DNA of 64,000 bases from Candidatus Poribacteria bacterium (GTDB lineage Bacteria; Poribacteria; WGA-4E; UBA9662). The position numbers and the translations under genes are program-made. Each line of letters opens with the position of its first letter. Position 1 is the first letter of the stretch. Positions 10,601 to 19,813 of the stretch are shown here, in pieces. The notes beneath the pieces are model-generated. The model did no database searches, was not told the DNA's origin, and was given only the letters and a program-made list of their open reading frames with translations. Location of the stretch: positions 42,652-106,651 of the forward strand of contig JAYZAL010000066.1 in the NCBI GenBank assembly GCA_036339735.1, in the 5' to 3' direction.

Positions 10601-11641
10601 CGTCCCCCAGAGATCCAAACCTCAGATTTACAGATTAATGGGCAGCCACTAATTGTTGATGCTAACCATATCGACTACCCATCAGTTGCAGGTCGTGGTG
10701 GTTCAGTTATCATAACAGCCAAGATAAAGGATAGTGACGGTTTAGGGGTAGACTTATCAACTTCCAGCATAAATGTTATCTCACCAAGTGGTGAGGCCAT
10801 AACCGGAGGCCTCACACAGAATGGAATTGATTTTCTGGTTTTTAGCTCATCGCAATTATTGCCCAATCAAGGATACTATAGGGTGGTGATTACAAGCGTC
10901 GGGTTAGATCCTCAGAACTTGGGTTTCCAGCCGACAAAGACAATTAGTACTGAATTCCTCTATGAGACATTACCACCGGTTGCAAGCCTCACTGATAGTG
11001 GTAAAGATAAGATTGAAGAAGGAGATGCCTTAACACTAAAAGGTGTAGCTTCAGATCCTGATAGTCAAGAAATACCAGCTTCTGGTGTTAGTCGTGTTGA
11101 GATTGTTGGTACAGGACCCGACGGAAAAGATATAGAACCGGCTGTAGCGGTGGACATGAGTAAAGGTGGTAGTAACCAATGGAGTAGCTGGAAAATTGAT
11201 TACTTACCACCTAAATCTGGTAGATATGTATTGAGTGTTCGAGTTTATGATAAAGCGGGTAATGCCGAAACTTATGAAAAGAAAGATGTTACTTTCACAG
11301 TTTCACTTGGATTCAAAGGTGAGACATTTTGTTGGCCTAATCCCGTATCGTTGTCTGCGTCATCTAGTGGTTCGGTGGCACATATATCTTTCGATCCTAA
11401 TATAGCCAGTAATGATACAGCTAATCTGACCCTTAGTGTTTACGATTTATCTGGTGACTTAGTCTATCGATATAAAGAACCTGATATAAAACCAGGTAGA
11501 CAAGATACTACACTCAAATGGAATTTAAGTAATTCTTCTGGAAGTAAGGTCGCACGTGGTATTTACCTTTTTCGACTGGAAATAGTAAATGGCGTGGATG
11601 AATCATCCAATACGGTTGGTAAAATCCTAGTAGTGGAATAA
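4631..11641 (+). CDS. Giant secreted Ig-repeat surface protein with FlgD-like Ig domains and a T9SS-type C-terminal sorting domain
   Basis: Signal peptide (SVYA/ADF); two FSPNGD(G) FlgD-Ig units; roughly 20 repeats with SG.D...S, DG[ST]xDGxY and DxAGN...DT.PP motifs; C-terminal WPNP..YDLSG..V..WNL.N..G.KVARGIYLFRL. The TTG start is uncertain. Confidence 0.8.
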   Translation: MGKRGLSCKDSQASISVQAPITGISLGVIWWYVLCSCISVYAADFAIPPQVLDDTTEIDAVFSPNGDNIQDKVVIVFEMDGTTGEYEIIIDVHGPGGVGKPDGQFNVDDDWSVLGKFGPGVTINDAPKRFRIEWDGRDSVAGTAKTVTDGNYQLRLQVDFFQNEILDPIQDSHSQIFPIIVDTESPQTSAKLERTGFSPNGDGNRDQLPINYVLGEQLSGLELLVPSHSSIQLSDLAAGNQIFNWNGQDGLGAVLPDESYNLQLRSLDLAGNESIVSLGQIWLDTKKPTISQIIPSPDAKVNTTVNELIATFESGTGSQIDFDNSIISLTHLDETIQNGTVSYENMTLRLTLENSLNLASENGLYTVNVQAVDLAGNREVSTFNLVFDTIQPSVLQIRLDEDNLRDRVHVNSSIGYIEADLSDNLSGLDLANSLLQLSKSGTVVDGVQLQIDTDTIRFQLSRALKSDGSDDGAYEILLTVFDTAGNSQVQTHPLVYDTTAPTLIGTNPPDLSQEKVRIDQAVATIELTFSDQNDNVVTSGLSFDETTVFVTKSDGTLVSTIKQVTSPSNLELRFSSSLTAGDYTLSFVASDKAGNQGKETNYPFYIDLRVPEIQFTPNNVPLATLEAVSAQLINYTGIGLDLVRSSLLVQDVSGNTIPSQKTEIVDQSLVWHIKNQLPKNGSQDGNYIATANFADFEGRTYTASSTLTVDTLPPTIDKTIPVDGSKVSVLKEVDVFLNDNLSGIDFSQTEVLLSSDGGTISTTKSDNGDNHIRLTFTDRHADGSADGLYTVGITAVDLAGNISGTQNVSFYLVTQKPEIISVTPSANSRINHLSTISASLLDLSGKGIDFDKTTITLSNSSGEVLGGTSLTHTDSQITLTGIELPTDGSADGIYTMLITLVDKLGSTAEKLQKIHYDTQPPVMRTSNQSFERLSTDQVSVSFEVVDSGSGIDITNSSLQLSNTDGTVVPGQFSYDGTANLSYKSAKLNASGIYMLQVVLTDQAGNSSIPYTFYYAYGVELAEVVEVTPRLTNNLEAVVVTFKSQQSLDFEQTILELIAPNQQVVSGVMTNDGQQLITFTPSIPLAVDGSQDGAYALTIQPSVMAIGRSDKKWSGEITFDTQPPEVKSISYITQPEQLAVDLQGTVVGLPTQFQLVLADTISGINGQQTTAQLISPTGQVSTTKSLKADIETNEYSINLSLNSQPKPDPSVNGDYVLEIIAVDLAGNSTTYSRSFTVMWAAATVSSTQPASFSKLNELQRVDVMLENMAETEIEKMATVRLVSPDNSEVAGRQEVVGTMVSWILDQPPPQDGTADGVYTIQSTVLKNDQVLLSENTTFLYDTKSPQVDSVVLQTNELTELIPSQVIMVTEPFSAIKIKIVDQLAGTDLTTSTVSLRTSEGLGIEQGLNNGTGEVLEVKNNGIDTITVEFAELKLTGIYTLVITPKDLAGNTGHPSLYQINLNLSKPKLTSIKISDRLGLVTAELANATAEYSTIEVVGPNGQVIGKTTEDNLKKQITWTPTNLAQDGTDDGVYTITVTPVNKQGISGQVLVKRFTYDTQEPEINNITAVDLTQPVSYLSNPTSQITATVSDLGPAGLDTEQQKITLIDSSGQTVSAFLTHDGRENLYFTFNPSFAKDGTNDGEYQLAINLIDKAGNKKDFTHSVFYDSSPPTLTDIIPGDGALLKGEINQVTVNLADKNGSGIDFSLTTISVTDTEGNSVSGQMSHDGKSKIIFKIDDLAPSGSYLVRVEVADRAGNQAIFESGFTNLSNLLVASSTTPVTRPIEKAFNRKKLDSVTVQLPKDVGIHLSTLHLVDSSGQMVMGYQDRNGSSDLQYQLQKPLKDDGSDDGTYTIVFTPISANGQRGQPQLMSFVHDTVEPEIDDGQIRLNVAQAGVNNSLVSIQLPVYDPSPSSGIDWLERPLPIVVTLESFAKENIAGRILVESDKEEVTFVLNKPLASDGSQDGKYKLKVDVTDQAGNDLNWIYDFDYDTRPPEIQTSDLQINGQPLIVDANHIDYPSVAGRGGSVIITAKIKDSDGLGVDLSTSSINVISPSGEAITGGLTQNGIDFLVFSSSQLLPNQGYYRVVITSVGLDPQNLGFQPTKTISTEFLYETLPPVASLTDSGKDKIEEGDALTLKGVASDPDSQEIPASGVSRVEIVGTGPDGKDIEPAVAVDMSKGGSNQWSSWKIDYLPPKSGRYVLSVRVYDKAGNAETYEKKDVTFTVSLGFKGETFCWPNPVSLSASSSGSVAHISFDPNIASNDTANLTLSVYDLSGDLVYRYKEPDIKPGRQDTTLKWNLSNSSGSKVARGIYLFRLEIVNGVDESSNTVGKILVVE

Positions 11642-11647
11642 TTCGGA

Positions 11648-12721
11648 ATGGGTCAATATAAACCACTTCAAGTTGCTATCGTGGGTTGCGGCAATATTTC
11701 ACGTGCTTATGGTGCTAGCCTTAGTAAACGGCCAGATCAGGTTGAAGTAATCGGGGCTTACGATCTAGATCAAGATAAAGCCACAAGTTATGTTTCAGAA
11801 TTTGGTGGGCAAATTTATCCAAGTTTAGAAGCATTATTAGACGACGAGAAAGTTGAAGCTGTCGTCAACTTGACCATACATACGGCTCATGCTGAAGTAA
11901 CTGCTGCAGCACTCAATGCTGGTAAACATGTTCACGTTGAAAAGCCTCTCGCTACAAATCGTGAAGATGGTCAAATGGTAGTTGATTTGGCAGAAGCCAA
12001 AGGATTACGCTTGAGTGCCTCTCCATTCACTTTTCTAGGAGAAGGACAGCAGACCGTTTTGAAAGCGGTTCAGTCCGGTCTGGTGGGTCCAATCTTGACG
12101 GCTTACGCAGAAATGAATTGGGCAAGAATTGAACGCTGGCATCCCAATCCAGCTCCGTTTTATCAAAAAGGTGTTGGCCCAATGTTAGATGTTGGTGTAT
12201 ACGCTCTAACTTTTCTGACTTCAGTCTTGGGAGTTGTCAAGAATGTACAAGGTTATGCTCAAATATGCCAGCCTCAACGAAAGACCAAAGCTGGACAAGC
12301 CTACCAAGTGACAACACCCGATCAAATCACTGGCTTTCTTCACTTTGAATCAGGTATTACCGCTCGGTTGACTGCAAGTTTTCTAGGATTTAGCAAACAA
12401 GTAGGTGTTGAATTTCACGGCCGAAATGGATCTATTTATATCTCTTCCTCTCATGATTTCGATGCCATAGTAGAGGTACATACTCTCGACGATGAGTGGA
12501 AGACAATACCGTATATTGCTACGCCTTTTCGAGGTGTAGAGTGGGGGCGAGCCGTATTCCAATTAGCTGACTCCATAAGAATGGGCGTCCCGCAAAGATG
12601 TACAGGTCAACAAGCTAATCACGTCCTTGAAATTTGCTTAAGTATTTTGGACTCGGCTGAGGAAAACTCTGCTCTTATTCCAATCAAATCGACTTTTGAA
12701 CTACCTATTCCTGCATACTAA
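11648..12721 (+). CDS. Gfo/Idh/MocA family oxidoreductase
   Basis: VAIVGCGNIS Rossmann motif, AGKHVHVEKP and GPMLDVGVY. Confidence 0.9.
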   Translation: MGQYKPLQVAIVGCGNISRAYGASLSKRPDQVEVIGAYDLDQDKATSYVSEFGGQIYPSLEALLDDEKVEAVVNLTIHTAHAEVTAAALNAGKHVHVEKPLATNREDGQMVVDLAEAKGLRLSASPFTFLGEGQQTVLKAVQSGLVGPILTAYAEMNWARIERWHPNPAPFYQKGVGPMLDVGVYALTFLTSVLGVVKNVQGYAQICQPQRKTKAGQAYQVTTPDQITGFLHFESGITARLTASFLGFSKQVGVEFHGRNGSIYISSSHDFDAIVEVHTLDDEWKTIPYIATPFRGVEWGRAVFQLADSIRMGVPQRCTGQQANHVLEICLSILDSAEENSALIPIKSTFELPIPAY

Positions 12722-12772
12722 CGTAATGGATTTATTGAATACACAAACTAAACCGAAGATCAAAATAAGCTA

Positions 12773-13705
12773 ATGAAAAAATACCGATATACCTCACTAT
12801 TTGCGACGCTATTTATATTGCTCTGTGCCAACTTTTCCATGGCAGAAGACATCCATAAAAAGTCGGGTACAACCTCTGCGGCATTCCTAAAAGTCGATGC
12901 TGCTAGTAGACCGATTTCCATGGGTGGAGCTTTCACTGGCTTAGCAGATGATGTAAACGCTCTATTTTGGAACCCAGCCGGTCTCATGTCCCTCCAGAAA
13001 CAACAGATATCAGCAATGCAGAACTTTTCTATTGGAAATGTTTACACTCAGGCTCTAAGCTATGGTAGAGTACTCAATCAAAAAATGGCCATTGGTGTAA
13101 GTCTACAAGGAGCATTCACTCGTATCGATTTTCGTCAAGCTCCAACGGCTACACCTGACCAAGAAGTAACTGTTGGTGGATTTGCTCCTGGTTTTAGTTT
13201 GGCTTATCAACCATTTTCTTTTTTTTCCGTTGGTATAACAACAAAAGCTATTGTGGAGCAACTTGATGTTGAGACACTCTTAGGTTTTGCGGGTGATTTA
13301 GGCATTTTAATTCGGCCTTTTGGCGAGGCCACAAAGCTTGGTGCCACCTTGCAAAATCTTGGAAGTATTAATTCAGGTTCACCTCTGCCGACAAACTTTC
13401 GCGGTGGTATTTCCTTTCAGCCAACTAAAGCAAATATTTTGGCTGCGGATATAAACTTACCGTTGGTTGCAGGTTATCCAAGTGTTCACTTTGGCGCTGA
13501 GAATTGGTTCGGTGATTTTGTCGCTGTGCGTCTTGGTTATTCCGTGAGTCAGGGAGAGAATCCACGTAACGGTATAACCGCTGGAATCGGACTAAAGCGT
13601 AAAGGACGTGTGTCACTGGAAAATATTAACTTTCAGTTTGATTATGCAATCGTTCCTGACCCTATGGGCAATGTCCATCGTATTGCATGCCTGATGCGCT
13701 TTTAA
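12773..13705 (+). CDS. PorV/PorQ-like (UPF0164) outer-membrane beta-barrel
   Basis: Signal peptide; FLK...SRPISMGGAFTGLADDVNALFWNPAGL N-terminal motif; barrel ending FDYA...G.VHRI...RF. Confidence 0.85.
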   Translation: MKKYRYTSLFATLFILLCANFSMAEDIHKKSGTTSAAFLKVDAASRPISMGGAFTGLADDVNALFWNPAGLMSLQKQQISAMQNFSIGNVYTQALSYGRVLNQKMAIGVSLQGAFTRIDFRQAPTATPDQEVTVGGFAPGFSLAYQPFSFFSVGITTKAIVEQLDVETLLGFAGDLGILIRPFGEATKLGATLQNLGSINSGSPLPTNFRGGISFQPTKANILAADINLPLVAGYPSVHFGAENWFGDFVAVRLGYSVSQGENPRNGITAGIGLKRKGRVSLENINFQFDYAIVPDPMGNVHRIACLMRF

Positions 13706-13900
13706 TTTTTCTACTGAGAAAAAATTAATATTGTGTGGATTGAAAGTATATTCACTCAGAAGTTCGAGGGCAATAAATCAATTTCTGTCCCCAAATCTTT
13801 TATCTACAACATTAGCCTTGCTCGCTTTATGTAGGCTTGGCTGTCTCCTTCCACAGCTTACTCGATCTCTAAAACAGTAAACTATATAATATTTTTGTTC

Positions 13901-13948
13901 TTGTACCAAAAAAGGGGCTTTTTGTATAAGCCCCCTTTTTTGGTACAA
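13901..13948. terminator. Bidirectional rho-independent terminator between the convergent porV-like gene and ppdK
   Basis: Near-perfect inverted repeat ttgtaccaaaaaaggggctt / aagcccccttttttggtacaa with A/T tracts on both sides. Confidence 0.9.
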
Positions 13949-13960
13949 ATCTGTTTCTGG

Positions 13961-16678
13961 TTAGTCTTGAATTACTGCATGTGCAGCCGCTAGTCTGGCG
14001 ATCGGTACGCGAAACGGAGAACAAGATACATAATCCATGTTAATGTTATGACAGAAGATAACTGAATCGGCATCACCACCGTGTTCACCACAAATTCCAA
14101 CTTTTAGATCAGGCCGGGTTTTGCGTCCACGCTCGATGCCAACTTCTATCAATTGGCCAACACCATCCTGATCTACTGTTTGGAATGGATCATTGTCTAG
14201 AACACCTTGTTCGAGATAATCTGGCAAGAAACCAGCAACGTCATCACGGCTAAAACCGAAACTCATTTGCGTAAGATCATTGGTACCAAAGGAGAAAAAT
14301 TCTGCAGCTTCAGCAACTTTATCCGCAGTTAAAGCTGCTCGGGGAATTTCGATCATAGTGCCAACCATATGATCAATCACATCGACATTATATTTCTCTC
14401 GCACTTCTTGATAGACTTGGTCTACAATTTTCTTTTGGTTCTTGAGTTCATTGACATGTCCTAGTACTGGGATCATGATTTCCGGATGGGTATCCTTTCC
14501 CTCTTGAGTCAACTCAACAGCGGATTCAAGAATCGCACGTACTTGTGCTTCAGTAATTTCCGGAAAGCTTATACCTAGACGGACACCACGATGTCCCATC
14601 ATGGGATTAGTTTCGTGCAGATCATCGCTACGCCGGTTAAATTCGGTAATGCTGACATTCAATTCACTTGCCAACTCTTGACGAGCATTTGCATCGTGTG
14701 GAACAAACTCATGTAGTGGAGGATCTAACAGTCGAATTGTGACAGGATATCCTGACATAACATCTAAAGTGGCTTTAATATCTGATTTCATATGCGGATA
14801 AAGTTCGTCGAGTGCAGCCCTACGTTCCACTTCATCTGATGACATAATCATCTTTCTCAGCTTAAATAATGGCTCATCGGAACCTTCACCATAGAACATG
14901 TGTTCTATGCGGAACAGCCCAATACCTTCAGCTCCAAATCCAATTGCTCTTTGAGCATCGGCTGGCGTGTCGGCATTGGTCCGAATTTTTAACCGCCTGA
15001 ATTCATCAGCGAAGTCCATCAGTTCGGTAAACTCGACATTAGTCTCTAAATCTGGGTCTATTAGATCGAGCTGCCCTTCGTAAACGTTACCTGTTGTTCC
15101 ATTTAGGGTAATCCACTCACCCTCTTTTAATATTTGTCCACCTATGGACATCTGCCGATTCTCAACATCAATTTCAATATCAGAACAACCAACGATGCAA
15201 CACTTACCCCAAGCGCGTGCCACTAGAGCTGCATGACTGGTCATTCCACCTTTAGCTGTTAGGACTGCTGACGCCGCATGCATTCCGTGCACGTCTTCTG
15301 GACTAGTTTCGTCCCGTACCAGAATAACTTTTTCACCATTTTCTTTACCTTGGGTTACAGCATCATCAGATGTGAAGACCAGTTTGCCATTGGCACCACC
15401 AGGTCCAGCAGGCAAACCCTTTGCCAATAATTCAGCCGTCCCTTCTGCGGCAGGATCCACCATAGGCAACAAAACCTGAACAAGTGAGTCTGCCGAGACT
15501 CTTTTTAAAGCTTCTTTTTTATCAATTAAACCTTCTTTACACATATCAACAGCCATTTTAATTGCTGCTGCACCTGTACGTTTACCTGTCCGGCACTGTA
15601 GCATCCATAGCTGGCCATCCTCAATTGTAAACTCAATATCCTGCATATCTCCATAGTGTTGTTCCAACTTTTCACGAAGATCGATCATTTCATCGTAGCA
15701 GGCTTTATGGCGGGACTCCAAAGTTTCGGAATCATCACTACTGTCATTTTTCATTAGGTCATTAACTGGTAGTGGAGTGCGCAAACCAGCAACCACGTCT
15801 TCTCCTTGGGCGTTTGCTAGCCATTCACCATAGAAAATATTCTCACCTGTGGCAGGATCGCGTGTAAAAGCAACACCTGTAGCGGAATTCTCGCCCATAT
15901 TACCAAACACCATAGCCTGAACGTTAACTGCCGTTCCCCATTCATCGGGAATCCCTTCGATCCGGCGATAGGCGATTGCACGCGTTGAATTCCAAGAATC
16001 GAATACGGCTCCAATAGCCCCCCAAATTTGCTCTTCGGCGGAATCTGGGAAAGGTGTTCCTAGGACTCTTTCGACTGTGGTTTTATACTGATCTACCAAA
16101 TCTTTCAAATCATCAGCAGTTAGATCCGTGTCGCCTTCAGCACCAAGAGCTTCTTTCTTAGCTTCTAGTAAATGTTCTAGTTGTAATCGAATTCCTCTTC
16201 CTTCTCTAGGCTCGATCCCTTTACTCTTTTCCATGACTACATCTGAATACATGGTAATAAGCCGACGGTAGGCATCGTAGGCGAAGCGCTCATTCCCGGT
16301 TTGTTTGATCAAACCACCAATCGTTTCCGTGGTTAACCCCACATTCAAGATAGTATCCATCATTCCTGGCATTGATTGTCGAGCCCCTGATCGAACCGAA
16401 AGTAAAAGAGGATTTTCGGTGGAACCATAAGCTCCACCACGAATATCACCCATCTTGACAATCGCAGCATTAACTTGTTCTTTTAGACCCTCGGGATAAT
16501 CACCATCTAATTCGTAGTAAATGTTACACAGATCAGTAGGAATTGTAAAACCGGGTGGGACAGGAAAACCAAGATTTGCCATTTCACAGAGGTTGGCTCC
16601 CTTACCCCCTAGCAGATTCCTCATTGTTGAATCACCTTCGGCAGTCCCCCCGCCAAAGGAATAGACGTATTTAGACAT
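13961..16678 (-). CDS. ppdK: Pyruvate, phosphate dikinase
   Basis: LLGGKGANL, LLSVRSGARQSMPGMMDT, GGMTSHAA (phospho-His), FFSFGTNDLTQM and GICGEHGGD. Confidence 0.97.
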   Translation of the reverse strand: MSKYVYSFGGGTAEGDSTMRNLLGGKGANLCEMANLGFPVPPGFTIPTDLCNIYYELDGDYPEGLKEQVNAAIVKMGDIRGGAYGSTENPLLLSVRSGARQSMPGMMDTILNVGLTTETIGGLIKQTGNERFAYDAYRRLITMYSDVVMEKSKGIEPREGRGIRLQLEHLLEAKKEALGAEGDTDLTADDLKDLVDQYKTTVERVLGTPFPDSAEEQIWGAIGAVFDSWNSTRAIAYRRIEGIPDEWGTAVNVQAMVFGNMGENSATGVAFTRDPATGENIFYGEWLANAQGEDVVAGLRTPLPVNDLMKNDSSDDSETLESRHKACYDEMIDLREKLEQHYGDMQDIEFTIEDGQLWMLQCRTGKRTGAAAIKMAVDMCKEGLIDKKEALKRVSADSLVQVLLPMVDPAAEGTAELLAKGLPAGPGGANGKLVFTSDDAVTQGKENGEKVILVRDETSPEDVHGMHAASAVLTAKGGMTSHAALVARAWGKCCIVGCSDIEIDVENRQMSIGGQILKEGEWITLNGTTGNVYEGQLDLIDPDLETNVEFTELMDFADEFRRLKIRTNADTPADAQRAIGFGAEGIGLFRIEHMFYGEGSDEPLFKLRKMIMSSDEVERRAALDELYPHMKSDIKATLDVMSGYPVTIRLLDPPLHEFVPHDANARQELASELNVSITEFNRRSDDLHETNPMMGHRGVRLGISFPEITEAQVRAILESAVELTQEGKDTHPEIMIPVLGHVNELKNQKKIVDQVYQEVREKYNVDVIDHMVGTMIEIPRAALTADKVAEAAEFFSFGTNDLTQMSFGFSRDDVAGFLPDYLEQGVLDNDPFQTVDQDGVGQLIEVGIERGRKTRPDLKVGICGEHGGDADSVIFCHNINMDYVSCSPFRVPIARLAAAHAVIQD

Positions 16679-16849
16679 AACGATGCCTCCTTAGTGTTAA
16701 AGTATTAATTAATAATCGTTCGGATTTGTTTACAAGCGGCCGAGTATTTTAAAGTAGGAAAATATAAAAACGCAATACAACTCTAGGAACACAGCTGTAA
16801 GTCTGCACAAATGTATTCCCATTTGGCTAATCACTTAATTCCTCAGTTT

Positions 16850-18208
16850 TTATATCGAGTAAATCATTTTACTTGCTTCCTCGTATTCAGCTTGAAGTGG
16901 ATCAGTTGATAAAAATAACTTTTGGTAAGGTTCATAAAGTTGGATATAACTCCAGTTTACACCACAAGTAATTTTCTTCTCATTGCAGAGTTGCACAAAA
17001 CGTCCCCGGAATTTAGCCCGAGTGGTTTCAGGTGGAAAACGCATGGCACGTTCAATATTTTTGTCTTTACAAATTCGATGAACTAGACTTTCTCTTTCCA
17101 ACTTATAGTATAATCCCTGATCGGTACGAACGTTGTGATACTGTAAGTCAAGCATCGCAACTTTCGCCGAATCCCAGTTCAAATTTCTTGTTTTTACATA
17201 CTTATCAATCAGTTTCTTTTTGATAACCCAGTCAAGTTCTCTGTCTAATTGCATTGGGTCATCGGACAAATACTGCAAGACATATTGCCAGTATTCCATT
17301 GTCTGGTCAGTGATAAAATCAGATTCCTCTTGCTCTAAATAGCGCTTGGCTGTGTAAAAGTATTCCCACTGTAATTCAACCGCAGATAAACGCTTTCCAT
17401 TTTCGAGCTCGATTTTACGCGTGCAAGTTATATCATCTGAAATTTGTTGAATGGCTCGAACGGCATTTTTCAAATTGAAACTTTGCTCAATAAAACCATC
17501 TTCTATCATCCTCAAAATGATGTTGGTGGTTGCTATCTTCAAAAAGTTGGTGAATTCTGACATATTTGAGTCACCAACAATAACATGTAAACGACGATAT
17601 TTTTCTCGATCTGCGTGAGGCTCATCTCTTGTATTTATAATGCCACGCGCAGTTGTAGTAGCGATTGAGATCTCCTCACGAATGTGCTGAGCCCTCTGTG
17701 AGATAGAATAACGACCATCTTTTTCAAGTTTAATCTTACCTGCGCCACTAAAGACCTGACGTGTGACAAAAAACGGTATTAACTTCGATGCCAATTGGCG
17801 AAAAGTAACTCGTCTGTCCATCAGATAATTTTCGTGGCAACCAAACGTATTGCCGGGAGTATCTGTGTTGTTTTTGAAAACCGAAATAACTCCATCAAAC
17901 CCATCACTTTTCATACGGCGTTCGGCCGAACGGGCTAATTGAGCCAGAATTCGTTCACCTGCTTTATCATGAGCAACAAGGTCAATTACATCATCACATT
18001 CAGGTGTAGCATATTCCGGATGGCAACCTATATCTTGGTAAAATCTAGCTCCATTTTCGAGAAAAACATCTGGATACATTCGACCATGAATGATTTCACG
18101 GAACAAATACATAACAGTATTTTGAATTGACATAGGCTTTGAATTCGGGTGCTTAGGAGTACAGATGATTCCGTATTCTGTTTCAATCCCAAATATACGT
18201 CTTTTCAT
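16850..18208 (-). CDS. pafA: Pup-protein ligase PafA
   Basis: RRIFGIETEYG, FLENGARFYQDIGCHPEYATPECD, KNNTD..GNTFGCHENY, INTRDEPHAD and RRLHVIVGDSNMSE. It lacks the Dop loop and is the last gene of the operon. Confidence 0.93.
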   Translation of the reverse strand: MKRRIFGIETEYGIICTPKHPNSKPMSIQNTVMYLFREIIHGRMYPDVFLENGARFYQDIGCHPEYATPECDDVIDLVAHDKAGERILAQLARSAERRMKSDGFDGVISVFKNNTDTPGNTFGCHENYLMDRRVTFRQLASKLIPFFVTRQVFSGAGKIKLEKDGRYSISQRAQHIREEISIATTTARGIINTRDEPHADREKYRRLHVIVGDSNMSEFTNFLKIATTNIILRMIEDGFIEQSFNLKNAVRAIQQISDDITCTRKIELENGKRLSAVELQWEYFYTAKRYLEQEESDFITDQTMEYWQYVLQYLSDDPMQLDRELDWVIKKKLIDKYVKTRNLNWDSAKVAMLDLQYHNVRTDQGLYYKLERESLVHRICKDKNIERAMRFPPETTRAKFRGRFVQLCNEKKITCGVNWSYIQLYEPYQKLFLSTDPLQAEYEEASKMIYSI

Positions 18209-18912
18209 GACAAAATTTCGGTTATATCCTCAACGGACAAGCGAGAAAATTTGCGCCGATTTCTTTTTTGGTCCAAGACTGCGACCTCTAGCGTCGATGG
18301 GTTAATCGCATAACGATCTACCTCGTCGACGCTATCTTCAATAGAAATGAAGGTTTCTGTAGCCAATTTTACAGCAGCTGGTAAGCTAAGTTCAGCTTGA
18401 TAGGTATCTTCCAGAATTTGAGAAATTTCATCGGACCTTCCACCAATTACGGCGTAGTCTTTTTCTTCCCAAAATGTACCATCAAAAGAAATGTGGTAAA
18501 TATTATTCGCTTGATTGCCTGTTTCAGCAACCTCACAAACCAATAACTCGACTTCTAAAGGTTTAGAATCCAACTGCCAAAATACACCACCGATATATTG
18601 GGAATAAACATTAGTCAACCACTTAGCCGTAACATCTTGCCTTGTGTAAGTTAGCCCTTTGATCTCAGCGTCGCGAATACCAACAAAACGGAGTGTTTCA
18701 TACTCTCGATAAAGGCCGGTCGCAGCAAACCCAATCCGGTCATAGATCTCCGATATTTTAAAAACCGTTGACAATGGATTTTCCGCGACTAAAACGATTC
18801 CTTCTGCATACTCCAGAACAATTACTTCTTTGGCCTGATCAATACCTTTATGGACAAAATCTGATTTATCCTGCATGATCTGATCTGGAGAAACATAGTA
18901 CGGTGATGCCAT
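18205..18912 (-). CDS. prcA: 20S proteasome alpha subunit
   Basis: N-terminal PYYVSPDQIMQDK..F..KGI, KISEIYDRI, KPLEVE and LEVAVLD..R.RRKF.R, as in actinobacterial PrcA. Confidence 0.93.
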   Translation of the reverse strand: MASPYYVSPDQIMQDKSDFVHKGIDQAKEVIVLEYAEGIVLVAENPLSTVFKISEIYDRIGFAATGLYREYETLRFVGIRDAEIKGLTYTRQDVTAKWLTNVYSQYIGGVFWQLDSKPLEVELLVCEVAETGNQANNIYHISFDGTFWEEKDYAVIGGRSDEISQILEDTYQAELSLPAAVKLATETFISIEDSVDEVDRYAINPSTLEVAVLDQKRNRRKFSRLSVEDITEILS

Positions 18913-18979
18913 AAAAACAAATTCCTCGCAAGCTATCCTAGATTTCTTTAAGTCTCAATCTTCAGTAAGAGATTAATTG

Positions 18980-19813
18980 CTACTCACTTTCGGAAAGCGA
19001 GCTTTTATTTTCGCTAATCCTTTGAAAGAGATCAGTGTAAAAGGATTTTATTATTTCTGGGGAGACTTCGGTAATGCCTGATTGATCGATAATACGAACA
19101 ATCGGATAAATGTTACGAAGGAAATCTGGACCTGCGGTCCCAACATCTTCGTCTGCAGCATCCCATAGAGCATGGAGAACAGCATGAAGGGCTTCCCTTG
19201 ACTTCATTTCAGGACGATACAATTTTTTAAGAGCTGACCGAGCATCCTTGCCGCCTGACCCCTCAGCATAGTAATCTACCTGTTCGTAACGCCCTCCGGT
19301 AATATCATATTTGAAAATACGCCCTATATTCTCTTTTAAATCATAGCCGGCAAAGATTGGTATGACAATCAAACCCTGAAGTGCCAAGGGTAAATTGGAT
19401 TTCAGCATGTTTGATAAATAACTGGCTTTTCCCTCTAGACTTAGGTGAGATCCTTCGACTTTCTCGTAGAACTCCACCTGAGTTTGAAAGAGTTTAGCCA
19501 TATCAATACATGGACCAGCAACACCTGCAATAGCAATAGCCGAATGTGTATCAACCTCATATACTTTTTGGACCCTACGTTCACCAATTTGGAATCCTCC
19601 AGTTGCTTGACGATCTCCTGCTACAACGACACCGTCAGCGTAAATTAGAGCTAGGATCGTTGTGCCTTCTAAGAATTGTCCCACCTCGCCACGAGGCTGA
19701 GTAGATTCTATAAACTGAGCGTTAGTAGAAAAAGATTGTAACAAGCTAGGTTGTCGACACTTCAGAATTTGAAGAAGATCATTTGTTATGTATTCTGACT
19801 GATCGGGCGCCAC
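18980..19813 (-). CDS. prcB: 20S proteasome beta subunit with a 50-aa propeptide
   Basis: G/TTILAL..DGVVVAGDR.AT.G with the catalytic Thr at residue 51; GSG and DAADED..T.GPD motifs. The GTG start overlaps the pup stop (TAGTG). Confidence 0.94.
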   Translation of the reverse strand: MAPDQSEYITNDLLQILKCRQPSLLQSFSTNAQFIESTQPRGEVGQFLEGTTILALIYADGVVVAGDRQATGGFQIGERRVQKVYEVDTHSAIAIAGVAGPCIDMAKLFQTQVEFYEKVEGSHLSLEGKASYLSNMLKSNLPLALQGLIVIPIFAGYDLKENIGRIFKYDITGGRYEQVDYYAEGSGGKDARSALKKLYRPEMKSREALHAVLHALWDAADEDVGTAGPDFLRNIYPIVRIIDQSGITEVSPEIIKSFYTDLFQRISENKSSLSESE

